A stretch of DNA of 64,000 nt from Armatimonadota bacterium (GCA_963677485.1 OY781964.1:3360001-3424000), one strand, 5' to 3'; positions 9,908 to 20,331 are shown, numbered from the stretch's first letter. Numbers and translations: made by a program. Notes: generated by a model from the letters alone, not told the origin.

Positions 9908-12319
9908 ATGACCCGACAAACGACCCAGCTATTCAAAATCGGCTTGGGGATGGCATGTGGGTTCAATCTTGCTGTCAGCCAGCCTGTGCTGGGGACTCCT
10001 TCCGCCTCGAAAACAGCCTCGTTAAAAACATATACAGTCAAAAACATAGGACTATCTCAAAGAATGACTAACAAAAATGAACCCATAGAGAAAAAAATCA
10101 CCAGCTTGATGGCGAAGATGACGTTGGAAGAGAAGATCGGCCAGCTCACCCAGTACGGCGGTGGTCTGGACAAGAACGGTGAGGAAGACATCCGCAAGGG
10201 CAAGGTGGGCTCTTTGCTTTCGCTGGCTGGGTCGGGTGCGCAAATCCGCGACCGAGTGAACCAGTTACAGCACATCGCGGTGGAGGAATCACGGCAGCAC
10301 ATCCCGTTGATTATCGGGCATGATGTGATCCACGGCTGCCGCACCACCTTCCCGATACCGCTGGGCATCGCCGCGTCGTTTGACCCACAGTGCGCGGAAT
10401 CGGCCAGCCGCATTGCCGCCACGGAGGCACGGGCCTCGGGCATCCACTGGACTTTCGCGCCGATGATCGATATCGCCCGCGACGCCCGTTGGGGGCGCAT
10501 GGCCGAAGGATGCGGCGAGGACCCTTATTTGAACTCCGTGATGGGGGCCGCAATGGTGAAGGGCTTCCAGGGCAAAGACCTGGCAGGTCAGGACGCAGTC
10601 GCGGCTTGCGCCAAACACTTCACCGCGTATGGTGCAGCTGAAGCCGGGCGTGACTACGACACCGCGGACATCTCCAAGAGCACGCTTTACAATGTCTATC
10701 TGTATCCCTATATCGCCGCTGTGGAAGCTGGGATGCAGACCGTCATGCCTTCGTTCAATGAAATTGGCGGCATTCCGATGTCCTGTCACAAAGAGTTGTT
10801 GACTGGCTGGTTGAAGAAGAAGATGGGCTTTGACGGCTACGCGGTGAGCGACGCAAACGCCGTATACGAGCTGGTGAACCACGGCGTGGCCGCTACCCGG
10901 TCCGATGCCGCCAGGTTGGCACTGAGTGCTGGTATGGACATGGATATGGGCTCGAACTGTTTCCGGGACACGCTCGCGGAGCTGGTGAAATCGGGTGATA
11001 TCAAGATGAGCCAGATCAATGAGGCGGTGCGCAGGGTTCTGCGGGTCAAGTTCCGGCTGGGGCTGTTTGACCACCCCTACACTGACCCTACGCTGCTGGC
11101 GAAGGTGGAACGCACCCCGCAGAGCATCGCGGAAGCCCGCCGCATAGCGCAGAAGTCGCTGGTGTTGCTGAAAAACCAGGATGGACTGCTGCCGCTGGCC
11201 AAAGACACGAAGTTCATCGCGGTGATCGGTGATCTAGCGGGTGATGCCGGTTCCATGCTGGGCACATGGGCAGCTTTGGGCCGAAGCTCCGATGCCGTGA
11301 GCATACTGGACGGTGTCAAGAAGGCCGTCTCGGTCGACACGGTAGTGACCTACACCCAGGGATGCTCACTGCCTGGCCGGTATTTCGATGCTCCCAGAAA
11401 CGCTACCGCAGACAACACCGATGGCATTGCGAAGGCGGTAGAAGCCGCGCAAAAGGCTGATGTTGCCATCGTTGTGCTGGGCGAACACGCCGGCATGAAC
11501 GGCGAGGCCTCCAGCCGCAGCGAGATCGAACTGCCTGGCTTGCAGCAGCAGTTGGTTGAGGCGGTGTGTGCGGTGGGGAAACCTGTGGTTGTGGTTCTGG
11601 TGAACGGCAGGGCGTTGGCGATTCCCTGGATTGCGGAGCATGTTCCCGCCGTCCTGGACTCCTGGCACGCCGGTGACGAGGCGGGATCTGCTGTGGCTGA
11701 TGTGTTGTTTGGTGACTACAACCCGGCTGGGCGTCTGCCAGTGACCTTCCCCAAATCGACCGGCTTCTGCCCCATGTATTACAACCGGAAGAACGCTGGT
11801 CGGCCAGTGGGATCGCACCCGGTGTTTTCCGTGGGTTACATGGACACCGAGTATGCTCCTGTCTACCCGTATGGGTATGGACTGAGCTACACCAGCTTTG
11901 AGTATGGGAAGCTGAGTGTCGACCCGAAGACGGCTGACCTGAGTGCGGATATCCACGTGGCCGTTGATGTGAAGAACACAGGCTCTCGGGCCGGTGAAGA
12001 GGTAGTGCAACTCTACCTGCAGGACGTGGTCTCGCTGCCCACCCGTCCAGTGAAGGAGCTGAAGCGGTTTGAGCGTATCATGCTTCAGCCCGGCCAAACG
12101 AAGCGGGTGAAGTTCACGCTCAGCTCACGCGACATCGCCTACTTCGACGACTACGGCGATGCGGTCATCCAGCCTGGTCTGTTCAAGGTGTGGGTTGGCG
12201 GAGACTCCGTCAGCGGACTGCAAGGCGAGTTCACGCTGGCAAACGGTGCGGGGAATGCGAAAACGGAAACCGAGGATGGTAAACACAACACCGGCTATGT
12301 GGGTGGCGTGGAGAAGTAG
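9908..12319 (+). CDS. bglX: beta-glucosidase, GH3 (BglX-like)
   Basis: MTLEEKIGQL, DVIHG, RDARWGR, CAKHF and nucleophile VSD motifs; C-terminal Fn3-like domain (GEEVVQLY..RPVKELKRF); probable signal peptide. Confidence 0.93.
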   Translation: MTRQTTQLFKIGLGMACGFNLAVSQPVLGTPSASKTASLKTYTVKNIGLSQRMTNKNEPIEKKITSLMAKMTLEEKIGQLTQYGGGLDKNGEEDIRKGKVGSLLSLAGSGAQIRDRVNQLQHIAVEESRQHIPLIIGHDVIHGCRTTFPIPLGIAASFDPQCAESASRIAATEARASGIHWTFAPMIDIARDARWGRMAEGCGEDPYLNSVMGAAMVKGFQGKDLAGQDAVAACAKHFTAYGAAEAGRDYDTADISKSTLYNVYLYPYIAAVEAGMQTVMPSFNEIGGIPMSCHKELLTGWLKKKMGFDGYAVSDANAVYELVNHGVAATRSDAARLALSAGMDMDMGSNCFRDTLAELVKSGDIKMSQINEAVRRVLRVKFRLGLFDHPYTDPTLLAKVERTPQSIAEARRIAQKSLVLLKNQDGLLPLAKDTKFIAVIGDLAGDAGSMLGTWAALGRSSDAVSILDGVKKAVSVDTVVTYTQGCSLPGRYFDAPRNATADNTDGIAKAVEAAQKADVAIVVLGEHAGMNGEASSRSEIELPGLQQQLVEAVCAVGKPVVVVLVNGRALAIPWIAEHVPAVLDSWHAGDEAGSAVADVLFGDYNPAGRLPVTFPKSTGFCPMYYNRKNAGRPVGSHPVFSVGYMDTEYAPVYPYGYGLSYTSFEYGKLSVDPKTADLSADIHVAVDVKNTGSRAGEEVVQLYLQDVVSLPTRPVKELKRFERIMLQPGQTKRVKFTLSSRDIAYFDDYGDAVIQPGLFKVWVGGDSVSGLQGEFTLANGAGNAKTETEDGKHNTGYVGGVEK

Positions 12320-12390
12320 GGACAGCCCAGTTGATTACCTCAAAATGCGAAATGGGGGATGCATAATCGACCATACCACGCGCTAAAGCA

Positions 12391-12763
12391 CAGTCTATTA
12401 CCCACAAATAGGTAGCACACGATGGTTATAATCCGGACACCCACGGAGTGGGTATGATTCCTTATAGCCAGGGGTGAGCGAAGCGATACCCCTGGTTGAC
12501 GGTGGAGAGTTCCTACCCCGAAGTGGGTCGAACCGTATCAGTGAAGGCTAAAGTTCGAGAGGCCTGATCCGACCCACGTTCGTGGGTAGATATATCGGGC
12601 CCTCTTCCACGGGTTACGCTTCGCTTACCCGTGGCTATAATGAATCTTAACCACTACGTGGGTGGCCGGACTATGCGTAGCCAGTAGGTCACCTATTCCG
12701 AGACATTTATGTCGCGGCACATAGTCGATACGATCCCAATCTGGATTTGTGGGTAATAGACTG
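12391..12763. mobile_element. 373-bp non-autonomous element with perfect 19-bp terminal inverted repeats, containing a long REP-type palindrome
   Basis: cagtctattacccacaaat (12391-12409) / atttgtgggtaatagactg (12745-12763); inner imperfect palindrome 12428-12674; no ORF. Confidence 0.7.
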
Positions 12764-12788
12764 AAATTATGTCGCGGTATCGGTGCCT

Positions 12789-12835
12789 GGTCGTAGGGGC
12801 ACCCCTACGACCGTATCGGTTACAACGCAGGCTGC
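12789..12835. repeat. GTAG REP palindrome plus anchor motif
   Basis: ggtcgtaggggcacccctacgacc followed by gtatcggttacaacgcaggctgc, the same arrangement as 63170-63203. Confidence 0.7.
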
Positions 12836-12840
12836 ATGGG

Positions 12841-13524
12841 CTACTTACTTTTTAGCTTCGCGCCTTTGTGCTCATCCAGCACGATCTTCTTGCTGGGTGC
12901 GTTAAGCGTAGATAGCCAGGGATCCATCGCTTTCAATATAGCGACCACGCCGCTGCGCTCCATATGTGGAGTCTTCGGCCCGCCGCTGAACACGGTGGCA
13001 CCCATCGTGACCAGCAGGGAAGCGGCTGTTTCCCAGCTCTTCTCAATCTTGGTGCTGTCGGCCTTCACGCCTTGCGCGTTTATCACGATCTCTTGCTTGT
13101 CGGTGTCAATCACCAGCATGTCCACCGTGGCGTAGGCTTTGGTCTTGGGTCCCAGAGCGACCCACTTAGAGGTGATATCCCACTTCAGTTTGGCAGCCAT
13201 CACATATTTCGCATTAAGTTTTCGTCCGACCATCAGCATCTCTGCCGGTGTGGGTAGGGTGTCATATATCGCTTTACCCGTTTCGGATGTGTATACCGAC
13301 TTAGCGTTGGCTGGTGACATCGCCTCTATGCCCGCCTTTTCGAGGTCGGCGTTGATGGCGGCCATCACTTTGCCTTTAGCTGTGTCGTTATCGCAGGTGT
13401 CATTCTTCTCAAGGAAGATGACGGGCATGATGGCGCACTTAGGAAGTGATGGTTCCTTTGACCAGGCTGACGGGCTGATGGCGGCCAGTATCAGGCCGGC
13501 CGCGAGAATTTTGCTTACGTTCAT
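12841..13524 (-). CDS. exported hypothetical protein (CsgG/TolB-N-like alpha/beta fold)
   Basis: Signal peptide; 'AIMP' strand and 'VGRKLNAKYVM' motif typical of this fold. Confidence 0.55.
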   Translation of the reverse strand: MNVSKILAAGLILAAISPSAWSKEPSLPKCAIMPVIFLEKNDTCDNDTAKGKVMAAINADLEKAGIEAMSPANAKSVYTSETGKAIYDTLPTPAEMLMVGRKLNAKYVMAAKLKWDITSKWVALGPKTKAYATVDMLVIDTDKQEIVINAQGVKADSTKIEKSWETAASLLVTMGATVFSGGPKTPHMERSGVVAILKAMDPWLSTLNAPSKKIVLDEHKGAKLKSK

Positions 13525-13693
13525 GAGATGCTCCTATACCAATTGATATTGCGTCTATACACATTATACGACTTTGATGAGCGACGTTTTGTAACCCCAT
13601 ATGTCAATGGGAACCCACACTCTGTACAATAATCTCAGTAGAAGTAATAATCCTGATGGCCTGCTTACCATCGAGCATATTGAGGTGTCTGTC

Positions 13694-15358
13694 ATGAAAC
13701 CTGTCTCATTTTCGCATATTAAGATTTCTGGCGATATATTAAGCCGCGCGCTGTGCAGTTTTGACCGGATGGAGCGTGAGGAATATCAACCCCCTCAAGT
13801 GTTCCATACCGACCCTGACGGCCTCAGCTATGAGTGGCCCGCTGACTGGGAGGGCCGTACCATCCTGGCACTGGTACTGTTGACTCAGGCAACCGGACGC
13901 TCACCTGTCTATCTAGATGCAATCATGTCCGAGCTGCCCAAATACTTCAACAAAGCCGGATACATGGGGAAGGTGCTGGAGGACGGCATCATCGATGAGC
14001 AGCAGCTTTCGGGTAACTCCTGGCTGCTAAGAGCCTTGTGTGAGCTCTACCTCTGGCGAAAAGAACCATCGGTCTTGCTGACGATAGAGGGGATGGTACG
14101 CGGCCTCTATCTGCCTGCCCGAAGCGGATACACCACATACCCCACCAAGCCTGAGCAGCGCAAATATGATGGGGAGGCGATCGGTAGTCTGGCGGCTGAT
14201 GTTGAGGGCAACTGGATATCCTCCTCGGACATCGGCTGTGCCTTCATCGCACTGGATGGCGTGACACAGGCCTATGGCATTCTGCGTTGGCCGGAGCTGA
14301 AAGAGCTGATCGATGTGATGGTCGCGAAGTATCTTGAGGTAGACTTCATGGGTATCTCAGCGCAGACCCATGCCACGCTGAGCGGTCTGCGTGGGGTGAT
14401 GCGTATGGCCGAATATACCCAGAACGAGGAGTATCTGGCTCAAGCGGTGCGAATATACAAACTGTATATGGACTACGGCGTGACCGAGAACTACGAGAAC
14501 TACAACTGGTTCGGTCGGCCTCATTGGACGGAGCCGTGCGCGGTGGTCGATTCCTATATACTGGCCATCTGGTTGTGGCAGGCCACGGGCGAGCCCGAAT
14601 ATCTGGCGGATGCGCACCGTATATACTACAGCGGATTGGGTTACGGCCAGAGGCCTAACGGCGGGTTTGGCACCAATACCTGCGCAGGGGCCGACACCCA
14701 AATTCTTGCGCCGAAGGAGGCCACCTACGAGGCCTTCTGGTGCTGCACCATGCGCGGTGGTGAGGGGATGAGTAAAGCGACCGAGTATACGCTCTTCCAG
14801 GACGAGCACAGCCTGTGGGTCACCATGCTAAACAGCATCCAGGCGGATGTTGACTTCTCTGACGGCACTATGAAGCTGGAGATAGAGACCGACTACCCCT
14901 CAGAATCTCACTGGCGGATGCGAGTGCTATCAAACAACACCTCCAACAGCCATACCCTGAAAGTCTACATGCCATACTGGGTGCTGACACCGAAGGTTAA
15001 GCTGGATGGTGAGTTCATATCAACACCAGTCGATCGAGGGTTTGTGTCGGTCGTAATCCCTGCCGGAAGCTGCCTGGCAGTGGAGATCACATGGGAGAAC
15101 TATCTGCGTGAGGAATCGCCGCGGAACACCCTTCATGACAGCAACTTGCGCAGCCTGTGGCACGGTCCGTTAATGCTGGGGGTGCAGGGCGTGCAGGGTC
15201 CGATGGGGTTGCCGGCATCCACTAAGCTTCAATACGAGGGGAATGGGCATTATCGATGGGCTGGTGTCGATGTACCGCTCAAGCCCGTCCGCGACCTGAT
15301 CTCAATGGAAAACACCAAGGCGATTCATGACAGTCGGCTGGTGTTGTTTAAGGCATAA
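13694..15358 (+). CDS. GH127 family beta-L-arabinofuranosidase-like protein
   Basis: WTEPCA and FWCC Zn/Cys motifs, C-terminal ETDYP and GPLML; ATG at 13694 follows RBS GAGGTG. Confidence 0.8.
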   Translation: MKPVSFSHIKISGDILSRALCSFDRMEREEYQPPQVFHTDPDGLSYEWPADWEGRTILALVLLTQATGRSPVYLDAIMSELPKYFNKAGYMGKVLEDGIIDEQQLSGNSWLLRALCELYLWRKEPSVLLTIEGMVRGLYLPARSGYTTYPTKPEQRKYDGEAIGSLAADVEGNWISSSDIGCAFIALDGVTQAYGILRWPELKELIDVMVAKYLEVDFMGISAQTHATLSGLRGVMRMAEYTQNEEYLAQAVRIYKLYMDYGVTENYENYNWFGRPHWTEPCAVVDSYILAIWLWQATGEPEYLADAHRIYYSGLGYGQRPNGGFGTNTCAGADTQILAPKEATYEAFWCCTMRGGEGMSKATEYTLFQDEHSLWVTMLNSIQADVDFSDGTMKLEIETDYPSESHWRMRVLSNNTSNSHTLKVYMPYWVLTPKVKLDGEFISTPVDRGFVSVVIPAGSCLAVEITWENYLREESPRNTLHDSNLRSLWHGPLMLGVQGVQGPMGLPASTKLQYEGNGHYRWAGVDVPLKPVRDLISMENTKAIHDSRLVLFKA

Positions 15359-15598
15359 CCCTTGGTTAAGCTGCGTCGAGGCCGCTGACAGTGATGTTTG
15401 CGGCCTTAATATCCCAATCATTTCAAAAACACCCTTAACAAACTACTAATTCCATGCTATGATTATAATACTGGCCCCGATGCTACCTGTAAATATTACT
15501 GTAACCAAGTCTGTCGCTGATGTATCTAACAATATATCGAGCTCATTATATCGAAGTAATAACCCTCGCAATTGAAGCGATGATAAGGAGGAGACGAA

Positions 15599-16621
15599 AT
15601 GGCAAACAAAGCCAAAGATCCCCGAGCCGCGGAGACATCGTCCTTAGATCAAGATGCGCAAAATGTCAGTCTGGATGTAACGAATGGTGATGATAACGAC
15701 GACGATTTGGCTGCAGTTGCCGATTTAGGCGAAGATATTGACATCGAAAACCTGGCGACGACGACCGATAAAGATTTGGATGAAATCGCTCGCGAAACCC
15801 ATGGAAAAGACGAAGAGCTCTCCATGTGGATGCATCAAGCCCGGCGCAGCAAGCTGCTTAACTTTGAAGAGGAAGTGGAGCTATCTAAGCGTGTGGAAGC
15901 CGGTGACGAAGATGCCAAGACACGCTTAATTGAAAGCAATCTGCGTTTAGTGGTCTCCATCGCACGCCGTTACGCTTCACGGGGCATCACCCTGCCTGAC
16001 CTAATACAAGAGGGTAACCTTGGACTTATCCGCGCCGTTGAGAAATTCGACTGGAAACGCGGTTTCCGTTTCAGCACCTACGCCACCTGGTGGATTCGCC
16101 GTGCGATTGCACGCGCCATCATCAACCAGGGGCGGACCATCCGAATCCCTGTTTATGTGGCTGAAATCATCCAAAAAGTGGTCAAAACCAGCAACCAGTT
16201 GCGCCAGGACTTGAACCGCGACCCCACCACCGAAGAGGTGGCCACAGCCATGGAGATGGCCCCAGAGCGCGTCCATGAGGTGATGAGGGTCAGCACGGAA
16301 CCCGTCTCACTGGAAACCCCGGTGGGCGAGAAGGATAACTCCAGCTTGGCGGACTTCATGGAAGACGACACCGTCATGCTTCCCACCGACATCGTGAACA
16401 CCATGATCCAGCGGGATCAGATCAACGCTATGCTGGTCAAACTGGCCAAGCGAGAACAGCAGGTGGTTCGGTTGAGGTTCGGGCTCGAAGACGGGCAGTC
16501 CCACACTTTGGAAGAGGTGGGGGTCATCCTTGGCGTCACACGGGAGCGCGTGCGTCAGGTGGAGCTTCGGGCACTGAAGAAACTGCGGCTGATCGGCGCC
16601 ACCCAGGGCCGGTTTGGGTAG
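15599..16621 (+). CDS. RNA polymerase sigma-70 family factor (RpoD/SigA-like, probably non-primary)
   Basis: [40 protein letters not shown] and region 4.2 [18 protein letters not shown]; strong RBS AAGGAGG. Confidence 0.93.
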   Translation: MANKAKDPRAAETSSLDQDAQNVSLDVTNGDDNDDDLAAVADLGEDIDIENLATTTDKDLDEIARETHGKDEELSMWMHQARRSKLLNFEEEVELSKRVEAGDEDAKTRLIESNLRLVVSIARRYASRGITLPDLIQEGNLGLIRAVEKFDWKRGFRFSTYATWWIRRAIARAIINQGRTIRIPVYVAEIIQKVVKTSNQLRQDLNRDPTTEEVATAMEMAPERVHEVMRVSTEPVSLETPVGEKDNSSLADFMEDDTVMLPTDIVNTMIQRDQINAMLVKLAKREQQVVRLRFGLEDGQSHTLEEVGVILGVTRERVRQVELRALKKLRLIGATQGRFG

Positions 16622-16635
16622 GCCGGTGAATGGAT

Positions 16636-16811
16636 GGGGCACGAAAACAGTGCCCCTACAAACGCCCCACACATACCTAATCTGTGTAATCTGCGTAATC
16701 TGTGGATGATCCTCTCCCCTTCGCGCCCTCGCGCGCGATAAACCTGGTATACGACCGGTATGATGAGTATGACGAGGAGGACGGATTTTCTCCTGTTCTC
16801 CTGCTCTCCTT
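16636..16811. repeat. mosaic of five short repeat modules
   Basis: REP half (16636-16659), module B (16675-16707), module A (16716-16738), module C (16750-16783) and module D (ttctcctg-like x3, 16788-16811). Confidence 0.75.
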
Positions 16812-16893
16812 AACTCCGATCTCCTCCCCCCACGCAGGATTTCAACACCCCCATACCGAAACTATATCCATAATCACAACTTGAGGTGGCTAC

Positions 16894-19800
16894 ATGAGGT
16901 CTCTCATCGCTGCGTTGACGGGGGTCATAGCAATGTCTACCATAGCACAGGCTGAAATCCAGCCGATTTTCCAGAAGGACACCGGACTTTGGATCGGGAT
17001 ATCCCAGGGCTCCAAAACCATCAAGGCCACGGGTGCGGTGCGGCCCGATGTGCGCATCAACACCAGCATGGGATGGTCGCTGGATGGCAAGGGCTCTCAC
17101 AATGCGAACATCACCCACACAGGCAACACATGGGTGGTGACCCGCGAGGAGGGCGACTGGCAGATATCCAGCAGCCTCACCGTCGACGCGGATGAGATAA
17201 GCCGATATGCCACGATCACATACAAGGGCACCAAGCCGCTGGATTTGTGGGGTGTGTCGCTCTACACTCCGGAGCTTTCGCTCGCTAATGATGCCAAGCA
17301 GTATGCGCTGATCCCCGGCGAATACCCGGTGCAGCCGATGATGCAAAACAGTTGGCGCCCAGGTCAGGACCGCATGGAGATCGGCTGGACGCGCGCGGAA
17401 TACAATATCGCATTCCTCCACTCCCCGAAAGCCAAGCTGTCATTGATTTGCGGCTACAAATTCATCGAAGATCAGGCCCGCGTGGGCGTGCATGAGGGCG
17501 ACAAAGCCGTCAGCCTGTTTCACCAGTTCGATACCGCGAAGCACATGAAGACCGGTGACAGTGTCACCATCGGAGAGCAGCGTATCCGGTTGGTCTCTGG
17601 CTCCGAGGATGTGATCATGAACGCCACCATGAGCCTGGTGAACAGCCTGGACCATGGTCCGGCGGCCAACCCACCCTCCTGGCTGTTTGGCGGCACAGTA
17701 TACGAGCTGCACCCCTGGGGACCGCTTGAGATATGGATGAGCGGCGACAACGGTCAGCGATACGACCGTCTGCAACGCCAGATGCCGTATTACAAATCGC
17801 TGGGCGTGAATATTCTGTGGCATCTGCCCACCCAAACCACTCCGCCATGGGTGTATACCACCATGGGTCAGGGACTGGTGCATGAAGCCAACGGCACGAA
17901 GCAGCAGCTTAAGGACATGATCGCTGCGGGCCACAAGATCGGCATCAAGTCGATCGCGGACCTGGTGGTCTACGGTATGCATCCCGACGCACCTGATGCG
18001 AAAACACTCCCCGACGAGGTATGGTGCCGCAACCCAAAAGGTGACATAGACCTGGTTTGGAGCGGAAGCATCAAACCGGCCGATGCGAGTTCTATCCCGT
18101 GGCAGCAATACATCAAGAAGGCCTCACACAACTGGGCGGCTGAGTATGGTTTCGACGGTGCCCGGCTTGATGTGGGCGGCTGGGGGCAGATTCACAACTG
18201 GAACAACCCCGACCGCGCCAATGCCGCCATGGCGAAAGGTGGGATCGAGCTGAACAAGGCGGTGCGTGACGGCTTCCGCGAGGTAATTCCCGATGCCATG
18301 ATCCTGCCCGAGATCGGCAAGCCGATCGCTTTCAAACAAAGCGACCTGCAGTTTGATTACCCTTGGTATCTGGTGATGCGTGACCTGCTGACTACCTCGG
18401 ATATTCCTACCTGGATCACCAACGCCAAGCTCTGGCTGGACTGGCAGCGCGCCACCAACCCCACTCTGGCGATGCACGGATGGGGCCGTTTTACGGACAA
18501 CCACGACACCGTAGCACCTGACTGCTTCTTTGGTGCAGGAATCAACCAGGCGATGCTGGCCATCTGCAGTCTTATGGAAGGTACGCCTATTCTGTACCAG
18601 GAGCAGGAGACCGGCTTCAGCGAGGAGCTGGCACTTTGGCTAGCCTTGCGTCAGAAGTGGGACTGCTTCTCCCACGGCAGCGCTCAGTATACCAGCGTGA
18701 AGAGCTCAGACCCCCGCGTGTTCAGTTTCCTGCGGGTTGGGCCCACATCAGCCGCTGTGGTGGCGGTGAACCTGAGCAACGAAACCATCAAGACGCGCAT
18801 CACCATCCCTGGTGATATGCTGAGCAAGTATCCCTTCTCCGCATCAGCTTTACCAGGCTGCAGCGTGAAGGTGGTCAAGCCTGGGACGGCGGCTATCACC
18901 GTGCCAGCCTATCGGCCAGCCGTGGTTTTGTTGACGAAACAAGCGGTCGTCCTTCCGGCCATCGCGGTGGTTCCACCAAGACCGGTCGATGCCCTGCAGA
19001 ACGGATATAACTCCGAAACGGGTGAGCTGGTCGTGGCGAATGCCACACACTGGACGATGCAGACGCCAGATGGTGATCTACGCGAGAAATTTTGGGATTG
19101 GGGTATGGATCTCAGCAAAACCAACGACCCCATGAAGAGCCTGCCTGTGCTCAAGCGCATGTGGTCACCTCTTGAGACCGGCATACTAGATGGCAGTCAT
19201 CGGGCCGTGATTGGTCTGCAGACAGCCGACAACAAGCTGATCTCCGCTGCGTTTGATCCCTCCAAGGCCACCGAGGTGCGGATTGAAGATGAGCGGCTGG
19301 ACGGTAAGCAGGTGAAGCTCATCATCAAACCCGCCAGTGCGATGCTGCCTCTGACCTCGCTGGCACCGACACCACACCCTGAGATGAACGTGAGTGCCAC
19401 TCATCTCAGAATGGCGATTGGCAAGAGCAGTGTGAAGGCAGTGCGGCGACAGGGCGGCATCCCGATGAACATCACGATCGCCGGCCAACCGATCAATACT
19501 CAGGCATGCATGGCATATACCGACTTCGGCTTCTACAAAAAGGGCGAATTGGTCTCCATCAACGGTGAGACCAACCCGCGCTTGTTCACCATGGAAGCCG
19601 ATGGAAAGTCGATCGCCAGGTTCACCGGGAAGATGCACAGCCAAAGCTGGAACGGCGTGCAGACCTGCGGGTTGGCTGGTCCAGTGCTGGAGTATGAGCT
19701 GGTATACGAACTGCGGCCGAACGGCGAGCTGGCCATCACCTTCAGTGTCATCGCTACGCAAGACGTCGCTGAGGGATCAGCCTTTGCAGGTTTAACCATC

Positions 19801-20061
19801 CCTCTGCATGATGCAACCCTGGTGCAGCAAGGATCTGACAAAATCGGTCAGGGACGGAACGCGTTGCTCAAAGCCCCCGGCAGCATCAAGCTGCACGGTG
19901 GGAAAGCGCCGTTTGAGGTGGCTTGGAGCAAGGGCAACGGAACGGTGTTTACCATTGGACAGGGACAGCAAGCCGCCAACCTGTACATCTGTGCGGTAGA
20001 CGGTCCGCTTCCGGCCATGAAGAAGGGTGATAAGCTTTCACAACAGGCTGTCATCCGATAG
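16894..20061 (+). CDS. secreted multidomain alpha-amylase family (GH13-like) protein
   Basis: Signal peptide; IADLVV, FDGARLDV, ILPE and FTDNHD catalytic regions, GTPILYQEQE; long N- and C-terminal beta domains. Confidence 0.82.
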   Translation: MRSLIAALTGVIAMSTIAQAEIQPIFQKDTGLWIGISQGSKTIKATGAVRPDVRINTSMGWSLDGKGSHNANITHTGNTWVVTREEGDWQISSSLTVDADEISRYATITYKGTKPLDLWGVSLYTPELSLANDAKQYALIPGEYPVQPMMQNSWRPGQDRMEIGWTRAEYNIAFLHSPKAKLSLICGYKFIEDQARVGVHEGDKAVSLFHQFDTAKHMKTGDSVTIGEQRIRLVSGSEDVIMNATMSLVNSLDHGPAANPPSWLFGGTVYELHPWGPLEIWMSGDNGQRYDRLQRQMPYYKSLGVNILWHLPTQTTPPWVYTTMGQGLVHEANGTKQQLKDMIAAGHKIGIKSIADLVVYGMHPDAPDAKTLPDEVWCRNPKGDIDLVWSGSIKPADASSIPWQQYIKKASHNWAAEYGFDGARLDVGGWGQIHNWNNPDRANAAMAKGGIELNKAVRDGFREVIPDAMILPEIGKPIAFKQSDLQFDYPWYLVMRDLLTTSDIPTWITNAKLWLDWQRATNPTLAMHGWGRFTDNHDTVAPDCFFGAGINQAMLAICSLMEGTPILYQEQETGFSEELALWLALRQKWDCFSHGSAQYTSVKSSDPRVFSFLRVGPTSAAVVAVNLSNETIKTRITIPGDMLSKYPFSASALPGCSVKVVKPGTAAITVPAYRPAVVLLTKQAVVLPAIAVVPPRPVDALQNGYNSETGELVVANATHWTMQTPDGDLREKFWDWGMDLSKTNDPMKSLPVLKRMWSPLETGILDGSHRAVIGLQTADNKLISAAFDPSKATEVRIEDERLDGKQVKLIIKPASAMLPLTSLAPTPHPEMNVSATHLRMAIGKSSVKAVRRQGGIPMNITIAGQPINTQACMAYTDFGFYKKGELVSINGETNPRLFTMEADGKSIARFTGKMHSQSWNGVQTCGLAGPVLEYELVYELRPNGELAITFSVIATQDVAEGSAFAGLTIPLHDATLVQQGSDKIGQGRNALLKAPGSIKLHGGKAPFEVAWSKGNGTVFTIGQGQQAANLYICAVDGPLPAMKKGDKLSQQAVIR

Positions 20062-20089
20062 CACACTATCATCCGATAGCATAGAACCT

Positions 20090-20124
20090 GCGGGGATGTG
20101 GCGTTGCCACATCCCCGCTTTTTT
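20090..20124 (+). terminator. rho-independent terminator
   Basis: Perfect 13-bp stem gcggggatgtggc/gccacatccccgc followed by T6, 28 nt after the GH13 stop. Confidence 0.9.
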
Positions 20125-20189
20125 ATGGGATTGTTGACGGGGTGTTGTCTGAACCACGGATTACGCGGATGACACGGATGGGGAGGATG

Positions 20190-20317
20190 GGGACGGGGAA
20201 GATAGGGACGGGGAAGATAGGGACGGGGAAGATAGGGACGGGGAAGATAGGGACGGGGAAGATAGGGACGGGGAAGATAGGGACGGGGAAGATAGGGACG
20301 GGGAAGATAGGGACGGG
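20190..20317 (+). repeat. 15-bp tandem repeat (GGGACGGGGAAGATA) x8.5
   Basis: Eight perfect copies plus a partial copy, read directly. Confidence 0.97.
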
Positions 20318-20331
20318 CCGCCATGCGTCGC

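Noticed and set aside
20048-20081. 16-bp duplication of the GH13 gene end as an att site
   Set aside because: The copies are adjacent (18-bp period), consistent with local slippage, and no distant partner was seen.
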